A DNA stretch of 64,000 nt from an uncultured Oscillospiraceae bacterium (GTDB lineage: Bacteria; Bacillota; Clostridia; Oscillospirales; Oscillospiraceae), in contig CATZRD010000006.1 in NCBI GenBank assembly GCA_958423465.1, positions 21,712-85,711 on the forward strand. Direction: 5' to 3'. Shown here piece after piece: positions 49,425-57,962 of this stretch (within the stretch, counting starts at the first letter, position 1; each line of letters starts with the position of its first letter). The notes beneath the pieces are model-generated. The model had not been told where the DNA came from and ran no database searches. It saw only the letters and a program-made list of their open reading frames with translations. A program made the position numbers and the translations under genes.

Positions 49425-50033
49425 ATGGAGACCAAGGAGAGGATTTTGGACGAGGCCCTGACCCTGTTTGCTAAGCGGGGCTGCGGGGCGGTGTCTGTCC
49501 GGGAGATCGCCCGGGCGGTGGGAGTGCGGGAAAGCTCCCTCTACAACCACTTCGCCAACAAACAGGCGATTTTTGACGCTATTGTGGACCGGTGCTTCCA
49601 GCGGGCCCAGGCGTATTTTGAGGAAAACGCCCTGCCCTTCGCGCCGGGGGACGGCGACGCCGTGTTCCGGGGGGTGGGCCTGGAGGAGCTGCAGGCGCTG
49701 GTGGAGCGGATCTTCCGCTATTTCTTCGAGGACCCCTGGAACACCCGGTTCCGGCGGCTGCTGGTCATCAGCCAGTTTGAGGACCACCGCTGCCGGGAGA
49801 TCTACCGGCAGCTCTACCGGGACTACTGCCTCCGGTTCCAGGCCTGCCTGTTTGCCGGGCTGATGGAGGCCGGGGAGCTGCGGGAGGAGGACCCCATGGC
49901 GCTGGCTGTGGAGTTTTACAGCCCCATCTACCTGCTGCTCCACACCTGCGACGGTCTGGAGGAGGCCCGCCCCGCCATGCGGGCCCATGTGGAGCAGTTC
50001 GCGAAAAACTATTGGAAGGAGAAGCGCGCATGA
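49425..50033 (+). CDS. TetR/AcrR family transcriptional regulator
   Basis: N-terminal TetR HTH (ILDEALTLFAKRGCGAVSVREIARAVGVRESSLYNHF). Confidence 0.85.
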   Translation: METKERILDEALTLFAKRGCGAVSVREIARAVGVRESSLYNHFANKQAIFDAIVDRCFQRAQAYFEENALPFAPGDGDAVFRGVGLEELQALVERIFRYFFEDPWNTRFRRLLVISQFEDHRCREIYRQLYRDYCLRFQACLFAGLMEAGELREEDPMALAVEFYSPIYLLLHTCDGLEEARPAMRAHVEQFAKNYWKEKRA

Positions 50034-50545
50034 AGGCGGTCATCATCTATTACAGCAAGACCGGCTTTACCCGGCGGTACGCCCAGTGGCTGGCGGAGGA
50101 CCTGAACTGTCCGGCGGTCCCCTATCAGCGCCGGGGGAGCGTGGCGCTGGGGGATTATGATACGGTCATTCTGATGGGCAGTCTCTGGGCGGGCAGACTC
50201 CTGGGCCTGGACTGGCTGAAAAAGCGCCTGCCGGCGCTGACGGGGAAGCGCCTGGCGGCTTTGGCGGTGGGGGCGGCCCCCATGGACGACCCGGAGCTGC
50301 CGGGAAATATGGCGTCGCTCTTCGGTCCGGTGCCCCAGGTGACGGGGTTCTACGCCCAGGGCGGCATCAACTACGAGCACATGGGGGCGGTGGACCGGGC
50401 CATGATGGCCATGCTCCGGGCGGCGCTGCAAAAACAGCCGGACATGGCGGACCGGCTGGACTATATCAGCCGGTCCTTCGATGCCGCCGACCGGAAATAC
50501 CTGGCGCCCCTGGCGGCCTGGGCCAGGGGAACGACCGGCGAATAG
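50030..50545 (+). CDS. flavodoxin-like protein
   Basis: MKAVIIYYSKTGFTRRYAQ flavodoxin-like N-terminus; ATGA overlap with TetR gene. Confidence 0.65.
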   Translation: MKAVIIYYSKTGFTRRYAQWLAEDLNCPAVPYQRRGSVALGDYDTVILMGSLWAGRLLGLDWLKKRLPALTGKRLAALAVGAAPMDDPELPGNMASLFGPVPQVTGFYAQGGINYEHMGAVDRAMMAMLRAALQKQPDMADRLDYISRSFDAADRKYLAPLAAWARGTTGE

Positions 50546-50549
50546 ACGG

Positions 50550-50580
50550 AAGGGGCCGCCCTCTTGGGCGGCCCCTTGAT
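50550..50580. terminator. bidirectional intrinsic terminator
   Basis: AAGGGGCCGCCC/GGGCGGCCCCTT stem, 4-nt loop, U-rich tail. Confidence 0.8.
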
Positions 50581-50595
50581 TCTTGCTTCTGGCTG

Positions 50596-51456
50596 TTACT
50601 TTTTTCGATAGATGATGCCCACCACGTTGGGGCCGGCGTTGACGGAGATGACGCCGCCGATATAGGAGCCCATGACGCAGGGGTAGCCGAAAGCCTCCTC
50701 ACAGGCCGCCTGCAGCTCCTGATTGTGGGCCTCGTCGGAGCCCAGGATGCACAGATAGGGGGAGCCGGGGATCATCTCCTCCCTGGCCCGGGCGATCTGG
50801 GCGGGGATGACGCTCTTGTCCCCCCGGACCTTAGAAAGAATCCTGGACTCCCCGTTCAGGAAGGTCATAATGGGCTTCATGCCCAGGGCTTCCCCCAGGA
50901 AGGCCGCCGCCGCGCTGATGCGGCCGGACTTTTTGGCGAATTTCAGGTCATAGGTGGCAAAGACCAGGCCCACATGGTCCAGCCAGTCCCGGATCACCGT
51001 CAGGACCTCGTCGATGCCGGCGCCCTCCCGGGCCTTCCGGGCGCCCAGGACCACGCCGTAGCCGTAGCACATGGTATAGGTCCCGCCGTCTAGCACATGG
51101 ATGGCCATGCCGCAGTCCGGATGCTCCTCCAAAAAGGCGGCGCGGGTCATGACGGCGTTTTCATAGGTGCTGGAACCCTTAGCGTTGATGGAGACGTAGA
51201 CCAGATCCGTGACCCCCTCCGCCAGGGCGTCGGTATAGAGCTGCTCGAACACGATGGGGGTGAGCTGGGAGTGGGTGGGGATCTGGGGGGCTGCCAGCAG
51301 CTCCCGGTAAAACTCCGTGGGCTGGAGATCCACGCCGTCCCGATACTCCCGGTCGTTCATCATGATGGAAAAGGGCAGCACCTGGATCCCCAGCTCCCGC
51401 TGGAGCGGAAGGGGGATGTCGGCGGCGGAATCAGTGACAAATTTGATGGTAGACAT
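50596..51456 (-). CDS. DegV family fatty-acid-binding protein
   Basis: DegV N-terminus (IKFVTDSAADIP) and length; GGGAGGA RBS. Confidence 0.8.
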   Translation of the reverse strand: MSTIKFVTDSAADIPLPLQRELGIQVLPFSIMMNDREYRDGVDLQPTEFYRELLAAPQIPTHSQLTPIVFEQLYTDALAEGVTDLVYVSINAKGSSTYENAVMTRAAFLEEHPDCGMAIHVLDGGTYTMCYGYGVVLGARKAREGAGIDEVLTVIRDWLDHVGLVFATYDLKFAKKSGRISAAAAFLGEALGMKPIMTFLNGESRILSKVRGDKSVIPAQIARAREEMIPGSPYLCILGSDEAHNQELQAACEEAFGYPCVMGSYIGGVISVNAGPNVVGIIYRKK

Positions 51457-51505
51457 GGAGTTCCTCCCATAGAGAATAAATGTGGGCGGCGGTCGGGCCG
51501 CTCCG

Positions 51506-51943
51506 TTACAGGTCCGCCGGGGAAAGGCGGCGGGCGATGGCCGTCAGGTCTTTGAGAAGCTGAGCTTCCCCTTCCGGCGGCAGGCACGCCAGGGCGTCCC
51601 GGACCATCTGGTCCAGCAGTCCCCACAGATCCTCCAGAATGGGGCCCGCCTCCTCCGTGAGGGTCAGGTGCTGCAGGCGCCGGTCCTTCAGATCCATGTC
51701 CGCGGTGAGAAGACCCCGGGTGGCCAGCTTCAGCACATTGCCGGACACGGACGCCTTGCTCATGCCGCAGCCGTTGGCCGCGTCGGTGGCGGTGTCCCGG
51801 TCCGGGGAGCCGGACAGGAACAGCAGGATCCGCAGTTCGGAGACGGAGAGCTGCCACTTTCTGGCGGCGCGGTCCAGCAGGATGTCCAGCTGGCGCTGTC
51901 CCAGCTGCAGGGCCCGCAGCAGGACCAGGGTGCTGTCCAGCAA
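51506..51943 (-). CDS. MarR family transcriptional regulator
   Basis: Winged-helix region (LSVSELRILLFL...ASVSGNVLKLATRGLL); probable TTG start with GGAGG RBS; upstream TTGACA-17-TATATA promoter. Confidence 0.65.
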   Translation of the reverse strand: MLDSTLVLLRALQLGQRQLDILLDRAARKWQLSVSELRILLFLSGSPDRDTATDAANGCGMSKASVSGNVLKLATRGLLTADMDLKDRRLQHLTLTEEAGPILEDLWGLLDQMVRDALACLPPEGEAQLLKDLTAIARRLSPADL

Positions 51944-52047
51944 ATGCTTCACCTCCAAACAGTTTGCAAATAAACCGTTTAAATATAAACTAATATAGTA
52001 TATACCACACGCCGCCGCCGCTGTCAAGAGGAAAGTGGAGGCGGGGC

Positions 52048-52593
52048 TTATCGGAACAGCCGCCCCCGGATCCGCTGGCGGTAGAGCTGGGTCATGACCC
52101 CTAATGCCCGGTCAAAGCAGAGGAACGTAAAGCAGCCCAGGATCAGAAGGAGCGCGATGAGCAGAGAGGAGTACTGGGAAAACTCGCTGACCACCGCCTC
52201 CAGGCGGAAGAGATGGAGAATGCACCAGTACATGGCGGCGACAGGGGCCGCAAAGACCCCGCACTTCACGGAGAAGCGAAGGAGCGGCCGCCTGATCTGG
52301 TCCAGCCGGGGCTTGAGGGCGGGATACCAGCCCAGGGCCAGGTAGACCAAGGCCAGCTCCTTGTCCGCCGCCAACAGGACCCCCAGGACCGCCACGCAGA
52401 CATATTGGATCAGGGCCGGTCTGGGACCGAACTCGCACATGGCGGGGACGGCGCAGATCATGGCCAGCAGGGGGCAGACAAAGGTCGCCAGAGGGAACAC
52501 GCTGCCCAGCAGCAGAAAGACCAGCGCCAGCGCCGCCATCAGCCCGCAAAGGGCCATGGCCATGCTGTGCCGCCGGATGGAGCCGTTTGCCAT
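52048..52593 (-). CDS. hypothetical membrane protein (about 4 TM)
   Basis: Hydrophobic ORF, ATG at comp 52591-52593 with GGGAGGTG RBS. Confidence 0.5.
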   Translation of the reverse strand: MANGSIRRHSMAMALCGLMAALALVFLLLGSVFPLATFVCPLLAMICAVPAMCEFGPRPALIQYVCVAVLGVLLAADKELALVYLALGWYPALKPRLDQIRRPLLRFSVKCGVFAAPVAAMYWCILHLFRLEAVVSEFSQYSSLLIALLLILGCFTFLCFDRALGVMTQLYRQRIRGRLFR

Positions 52594-52832
52594 ATCGAGA
52601 AGCACCTCCCATGGGCCGCCCTCCCGGCGGCGTACGCACAGCATATACGATTTTCCGGCGTTTGTCAATCAATTGGAAGGAAACAGGCCCCTGACAGTAA
52701 AATGACCAGAAAATATGAGCGGATATGCCGCTTTTTGTGTATCTTTTCCGGCCCTTCCGCTTGCGAAAACAGGTGGAACGTGTTATAGTTGCCTCTGCAC
52801 AAAAACATAAACTGGGAGAGGGGTATATCAAA

Positions 52833-54134
52833 ATGATCTTATTGATCCATCTGTCCGTCTGTCTCGTCGGCGGGCTGCTGCTGACGCGGCTGACCAACAA
52901 GCTGCGTCTGCCGGATGTGACGGCCTATCTGCTGTCCGGCCTGCTGTTGGGACCCTTCTGTTTGGGACTTCTTCATATTCCAGGCGTGGGCTTCTCCACG
53001 CCTGAGGAGGTCAAGAGCCTGGATCTGATCTGCCAGGTGGCCCTGGGCTTTATCGCCTTCACCATCGGCAACGAGTTCCGCCTGGAGCAGCTGAAGCACA
53101 TGGGCCGGCAGGCTATCACCGTGGGCATTGCCCAGGCGGTGATCACCACCGCTGTGGTGGACGTGCTGCTCATCGCCCTGCACTTCATCGATCCCGCGCT
53201 GATCTCCATTTCCTCCGCCATCACCCTGGGCGCCATTGCCGCCGCCACGGCCCCCGCCGCCACGTTGATGGTGGTGCGCCAGTACAAGGCCGACGGCCCC
53301 CTGACCCGGCTGCTGCTGCTGGTAGTGGCCATCGACGACGCGGTGGGTCTGGTGCTGTTTTCCGCCTCCTACGGGGTGGCCGCGGCCCTGGAGAGCGGGA
53401 CCATCAGCATGATGACCGTGCTGGTGGAGCCGATGATCGAGATCGTGCTGTCCCTGGCCCTGGGGGCGCTGGCCGGGTGGGTGCTGTTCCGGGTGGAGAA
53501 GTACTTCCACTCCCGCAGCAAGCGCCTGAGCATCTCTATCGCCTTCGTGCTGCTGACAGTGGGCATCTCCATGTCAGAATTCACCGTGGGCGGCGTCCAT
53601 GTGGGCTTCTCCCTGCTGCTGGTGTGCATGATGACCGGGACCGTGTTCTGCAACATCTGCGACTTCTCCGAGGAGATCATGAGCAGGATCGACAGCTGGA
53701 CGGCGCCGCTGTTCGTGCTGTTCTTCGTCCTCTCCGGCGCGGAGCTGGATCTGAAGATCCTGTCCAATCCCCTGGTGCTGCTCATCGGCGCGGTGTATAT
53801 CGTGGGCCGCTCTCTGGGCAAGTATTTTGGCGCCTACAGCAGCTGCCGCCTCACCGGATGCAGCGACGAGATCACCAAGCACCTGGGCATCACGCTGCTG
53901 CCCCAGGCCGGGGTGGCCCTGGGCATGGCCCTCACCGCCGCCAATCTGTCCGACGGCGCGGTGGTGCGCAATGTGGTGCTGTTCTCCGTGCTGGTCTACG
54001 AGCTGGTGGGTCCGGCTCTCACCAAGCGGAGCCTGATGGCCGCCGGGGAGATCAAGCCCGAGGGCCGCACCTCCGCCCGGAAGGCCAATACCCCCAAGGC
54101 TCCTGTCAGTCTCAGCGGGAAAAAGGAAAAGTGA
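52833..54134 (+). CDS. cation:proton antiporter (CPA family Na+/H+ exchanger)
   Basis: 12-TM antiporter-like sequence; upstream TTGCGA-17-TATAGT promoter. Confidence 0.8.
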   Translation: MILLIHLSVCLVGGLLLTRLTNKLRLPDVTAYLLSGLLLGPFCLGLLHIPGVGFSTPEEVKSLDLICQVALGFIAFTIGNEFRLEQLKHMGRQAITVGIAQAVITTAVVDVLLIALHFIDPALISISSAITLGAIAAATAPAATLMVVRQYKADGPLTRLLLLVVAIDDAVGLVLFSASYGVAAALESGTISMMTVLVEPMIEIVLSLALGALAGWVLFRVEKYFHSRSKRLSISIAFVLLTVGISMSEFTVGGVHVGFSLLLVCMMTGTVFCNICDFSEEIMSRIDSWTAPLFVLFFVLSGAELDLKILSNPLVLLIGAVYIVGRSLGKYFGAYSSCRLTGCSDEITKHLGITLLPQAGVALGMALTAANLSDGAVVRNVVLFSVLVYELVGPALTKRSLMAAGEIKPEGRTSARKANTPKAPVSLSGKKEK

Positions 54135-54143
54135 TTTTCGCGG

Positions 54144-54181
54144 AAAACCGCGCCCCGGCCACTGGCCGGGGCGCGGTTTTA
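54144..54181. terminator. bidirectional intrinsic terminator
   Basis: AAAACCGCGCCCCGGCC/GGCCGGGGCGCGGTTTT stem. Confidence 0.8.
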
Positions 54182-54192
54182 TTCTGCTTCGG

Positions 54193-55542
54193 TCAGGGAA
54201 GGCCCAGCGCCGCGGCGGCCTCATTCACCGCGGCGAGGTCGCCGCCGCCAAAGAGGAATACCTGGCCGTCCCCCGTCCGCAGCAGCAGCCAGGGGCCGCT
54301 TCCGGGGTCGATGCAGCAGGTGAACCGTCCCCACCCATCGCTGGTCCAGGTCCCGGTTTTGGCTCCGGAAAGGGCGGTTCCCGCCACGCGGCTCATAGGC
54401 GGCAGCTCCTCCAGCAGCTCCGCGCTTTCGATCTCCGACAGCGGTACCGTATAGCGGGAGCCGAAGTGGGAGCCGACAATGGCGGTATCCGTTACCGACA
54501 GCTCCACCGGGGCCTTCTCCATGCCCATGAGCCATACCCCGATCAGGGGGCAGGCCAGCAGCAGCGCCAGGACCAGGGCCGCAATGACCTGAGCGGAGCG
54601 CCGGGCGAAATTGAAGGTGGCGTTCATGCCCACCCGGGCGTTTACCAGCAGGTGGGAGTCGTTGGGATTAAAATAGAGCATCCCCCAGATCCAGTGCTCA
54701 TCCTCGTCAACGAAGAAGTCCCGCCCGCTGCCGGCGGTGAGTTTCTCCTGGAGCCGCCGGACCCGCATCTCGATGCTCAGCACCGCCAGACAGAGGACCA
54801 GGGAGTAGAGCAGGATCACCGCCATGCACAGCCAGACATGGTCCAGGGTCAGCCACAGTCCCAGGCTGAAGGCCCCGGTGGCCCAGGCGCAGATGAGCCA
54901 CGCCTTGCCCCAGTTGTACCGGCGGATTCGGGTGAGGGCGGCGGTGCGCGCTGTATTGGCGTCCACCACCTCCGAGCGGTCCCGGTACAAAAACCGGTAG
55001 CAGACGTAGAAGAGGGCCGTGATCCCGGCGTTCAGCAGCCACAGCCACCACAGCGCCCGCTGGAAAAGCAGGGGGACCAGACTGACCAGAAAAGGCGGCA
55101 GAAACCACAGAGGAGAGATCCACCGGGTTTTCTCCGCGGCGGCCTTCAGGTCGATGACAGCCGGTTCGCCGCCCTGCCGCTTCCAGCCCCGCTCCTCCTT
55201 CAGCCGCGCCAGGGCCCGGTTGCAGCGGACATAGGGGACGGTGGGGACGACACACGCGGCAATGATCCAGATGAACCACAGGGTCATGCTGAGACCGGCG
55301 CTTCGGAGGAACAGGCAGGGGAGAGCGGGGACGGTCAGGAGCCACGCTGCCTGCCGCAGCTGCTTTTGGTACGACGCCAGCAGCTCCTCCACCGCCGGGT
55401 CCGCCTGGGCCTCGTAGGGCAGCGTCACCCCCACGATGATGTTCTTCTTGGGCCTGGCCTCGTTGCCCAGCAGATGGCACATCAGCCAGGGCAGCCAGAT
55501 CAGGCTGCACCAAAGAATCAGATTGGTCCAAAGCCAGCTCAT
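54193..55542 (-). CDS. hypothetical multi-TM membrane protein encoded with a GntR regulator
   Basis: 449 aa, hydrophobic N-region, soluble C-terminal domain; start ATG overlaps GntR stop (ATGA); the 580-aa track ORF wrongly fuses the two. Confidence 0.55.
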   Translation of the reverse strand: MSWLWTNLILWCSLIWLPWLMCHLLGNEARPKKNIIVGVTLPYEAQADPAVEELLASYQKQLRQAAWLLTVPALPCLFLRSAGLSMTLWFIWIIAACVVPTVPYVRCNRALARLKEERGWKRQGGEPAVIDLKAAAEKTRWISPLWFLPPFLVSLVPLLFQRALWWLWLLNAGITALFYVCYRFLYRDRSEVVDANTARTAALTRIRRYNWGKAWLICAWATGAFSLGLWLTLDHVWLCMAVILLYSLVLCLAVLSIEMRVRRLQEKLTAGSGRDFFVDEDEHWIWGMLYFNPNDSHLLVNARVGMNATFNFARRSAQVIAALVLALLLACPLIGVWLMGMEKAPVELSVTDTAIVGSHFGSRYTVPLSEIESAELLEELPPMSRVAGTALSGAKTGTWTSDGWGRFTCCIDPGSGPWLLLRTGDGQVFLFGGGDLAAVNEAAAALGLP

Positions 55543-55916
55543 GTTTCCTCCTCCTCGTCGCACAGCCGCTGGCACAGGGCCAGAATCGCATCCCGGTCCA
55601 GCCCCGCCAGCCGCAGCTCGCACAGCCGCAGCCGCAGGCCCTCCAGAGTCCCGGCGGAAGGGGAGGGGGCAGCGTCCCCTCGGGGCAGCACCACGGCCCC
55701 GCTGCGCCGGTCTGCGGCGATATAGCCCTCCTGCCGGAGGAGCTGATAGGCTTTGCTCACAGTCATCATGTTGATCCCCGCTTCCTCCGCCAGCGCCCGG
55801 ATGGTGGGCAGCCGCTCCCCGGGAGCCAGCCGCCCGGACCCGATGCCCAGAACGATCTGATTGCGGATCTGCTGGTAGATGGGAACGTCGCTGTTGAAAT
55901 CCAGCTGCAGAAGCAT
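55539..55916 (-). CDS. GntR family transcriptional regulator (YhcF-like)
   Basis: N-terminal GntR HTH (PIYQQIRNQIVLGIGSGRLAPGERLPTIRALAEEAGINMMTVSKAY). Confidence 0.8.
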   Translation of the reverse strand: MLLQLDFNSDVPIYQQIRNQIVLGIGSGRLAPGERLPTIRALAEEAGINMMTVSKAYQLLRQEGYIAADRRSGAVVLPRGDAAPSPSAGTLEGLRLRLCELRLAGLDRDAILALCQRLCDEEEET

Positions 55917-55930
55917 ACTGCCGCCTCCTT

Positions 55931-55973
55931 TGCATTATTTAGTATAATGCAACATATGCAAAAAGTCAAGAAG
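55931..55973 (-). promoter_or_regulatory. GntR promoter (TTGACT-17-TATACT) with palindromic operator TGCATTAT-n5-ATAATGCA
   Basis: IR 55931-55938/55944-55951 overlaps -10 (comp 55941-55946); -35 comp 55964-55969. Confidence 0.5.
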
Positions 55974-55988
55974 TTTCGGCGAAACCTC

Positions 55989-56037
55989 TTGACAAATCCG
56001 GATGTTGGCATACAATAAGGCAATGGTGTCAAGACAC
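55989..56037 (+). promoter_or_regulatory. SigA promoter (TTGACA-16-TACAAT) plus downstream 6-2-6 inverted repeat GGTGTCaaGACACC
   Basis: -35 55989-55994, -10 56011-56016, IR 56024-56037 between -10 and RBS. Confidence 0.5.
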
Positions 56038-56067
56038 CTATCCATACTGATAAGAGGGAAGAAAGAG

Positions 56068-57168
56068 ATGGAAAAACTGAAAGCGTTTCTGAAGCGCAAG
56101 AACATTGTCATTTCCGGCAGGCGCTACGGGATCGACGCGATGGGGGCCATGGCCCAGGGACTGTTCTGCTCTCTGCTCATCGGCACCATCGTCAAGACCC
56201 TGGGGGAGCAGCTGGGGCTTCCGTTCCTGGTGGACGTAGGCGGCTACGCCTCCGCCATGAGCGGCGCGGCCATGGCCGTGGCCATCGGCTTTGCTCTGCA
56301 GGCGCCGCCGCTGGTGCTGTTTTCCCTGGCCACGGTGGGCTACGCCGCCAACGCCCTGGGCAGCACCAGCCTCATTGAGGGGCAGGCGGGAGCCGGCGGC
56401 CCCCTGGCGGTGCTGTTTATCGCCATCATCGCCGCGGAGTGCGGCAAGGCCGTCAGCAAGGAGACCAAGGTGGACATCCTGGTGACGCCCCTGGTTACCA
56501 TTCTGGTGGGGGTGGGTCTCTCCGCCTGGTGGGCCCCCGCCATTGGCACCGCCGCCACCGCCGTGGGCAACATCATCATGTGGGCCACGGATCTGCAGCC
56601 CTTCCTCATGGGCATCGTTGTCAGTGTGGTCATCGGCATGGCGCTGACCCTGCCCATCTCCTCCGCCGCCATCTGCGCGGCCTTCGGCCTCACGGGGCTG
56701 GCCGGCGGCGCGGCGGTGGCCGGCTGCTGCGCCCAGATGGTGGGCTTCGCCGTGCTGTCCTTCCGGGAGAACCGCTGGGGCGGTCTGGTGAGCCAGGGAC
56801 TGGGTACCTCCATGCTCCAGATGGGCAACATCGTGAAGAATCCCCGGATCTGGCTGCCCGCCATCCTGACCTCCGCCATCACCGGGCCTATGGCCACCTG
56901 CCTGTTCCATCTGGAGATGAACGGCGCGCCAGTGTCCTCCGGCATGGGCACCTGCGGCCTGGTGGGGCAGATCGGCGTATGGACCGGCTGGCTGGCCCCC
57001 AGTGAGCGTGCCGTCGCCAACGGCGCCGCCGCCATAGTACCCGGCGCCATGGACTGGATCGGCCTGATCCTGATCTCCTTCGTGCTGCCGGCGGTGCTGT
57101 GCTGGGCCTTCGGCCTGTTCTTCCGGAAGATCGGCTGGATCGGGGAAGGGGACCTGAAGCTGGATTAA
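56068..57168 (+). CDS. PTS EIIC-like integral membrane protein of unknown substrate
   Basis: ~10 TM hydrophobic protein with EIIC-family resemblance; GAGGGAAG RBS. Confidence 0.55.
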   Translation: MEKLKAFLKRKNIVISGRRYGIDAMGAMAQGLFCSLLIGTIVKTLGEQLGLPFLVDVGGYASAMSGAAMAVAIGFALQAPPLVLFSLATVGYAANALGSTSLIEGQAGAGGPLAVLFIAIIAAECGKAVSKETKVDILVTPLVTILVGVGLSAWWAPAIGTAATAVGNIIMWATDLQPFLMGIVVSVVIGMALTLPISSAAICAAFGLTGLAGGAAVAGCCAQMVGFAVLSFRENRWGGLVSQGLGTSMLQMGNIVKNPRIWLPAILTSAITGPMATCLFHLEMNGAPVSSGMGTCGLVGQIGVWTGWLAPSERAVANGAAAIVPGAMDWIGLILISFVLPAVLCWAFGLFFRKIGWIGEGDLKLD

Positions 57169-57204
57169 CGCCGGCAAGAAATCAAACGGCATCAAAAAAG
57201 CAGC

Positions 57205-57236
57205 AAAAAGGAAGGGCCGAAGCCCTTCCTTTTTGT
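57205..57236 (+). terminator. Rho-independent terminator
   Basis: AAAAAGGAAGGGC/GCCCTTCCTTTTT stem. Confidence 0.8.
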
Positions 57237-57962
57237 TATTGCTTTAGCAACAGAACACCTGACGCAGTCAGGTGTTCAAGAACCGCCCGCTATGCGGGTG
57301 GGGTTAAAGCTTAAGCAAAGAAACACCCAATCTGGTAAAATGGTGAGTGTTCAAGCCACCAAAAGACAGAAAGGATGTTTCTTATGGCAAACAGTTTAGC
57401 ACATACAAAATGGGTATGCAAGTATCATATCGTATTTACGCCGAAATATCGAAGGAAAATCATCTATCACCAGTTGAGGAGAGATATACAGCAGATTATA
57501 AAAGATTTGTGCAAATGGAAGGGTGTGGAGATAATAGAAGGACATATGATGCCAGACCATGTCCACCTGCTGGTAAGTATTCCCCCGAAATATAGTGTGT
57601 CACAGTTTATGGGATACCTGAAGGGGAAGAGTGCGATGATGATTTTCGAAAGGCACGCAAATCTAAAGTATAAATTCGGGAATCGGAATTTCTGGGCAAC
57701 CGGATATTATGTGAGCACCGTAGGGCTCAATACTGCAACGATACAAAAATATATCCGGGAGCAGGAGAAGCAGGATCAGATTGAAGATAGCCTGAGTAAA
57801 AAGGAGTATACAGACCCTTTTAAGGGTAGCAAGTAGTCATACCACTGTGGCTTGAACGAAGTGAAAGCCAGCGTCTTTTAGGCGCTGGCTCTCCTTACGG
57901 CCTTATAGGCCGCTCGTCATGCCACCCCTCTTAGGGGTGGTCATGACTGTCTGATACTGTGC
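57237..57962 (+). mobile_element. IS200/IS605-family insertion sequence (IS200 group, tnpA only)
   Basis: Low-GC (~40%) ~0.7-kb island with structured subterminal hairpins on both sides of a Y1 HUH transposase gene. Confidence 0.7.
57384..57836 (+). CDS. tnpA: IS200/IS605 family transposase TnpA (Y1 HUH)
   Basis: HUH motif HVHLL and catalytic Tyr region; typical ~150 aa. Confidence 0.85.
   Translation: MANSLAHTKWVCKYHIVFTPKYRRKIIYHQLRRDIQQIIKDLCKWKGVEIIEGHMMPDHVHLLVSIPPKYSVSQFMGYLKGKSAMMIFERHANLKYKFGNRNFWATGYYVSTVGLNTATIQKYIREQEKQDQIEDSLSKKEYTDPFKGSK

Noticed and set aside
54193-55935. Single 580-aa ORF spanning membrane protein and the GntR region
   Set aside because: N-terminal 130 aa is an off-frame read of the GntR gene (Arg/Gly-rich); true arrangement is GntR (55539-55916) ATGA-coupled to a 449-aa membrane protein starting at 55542
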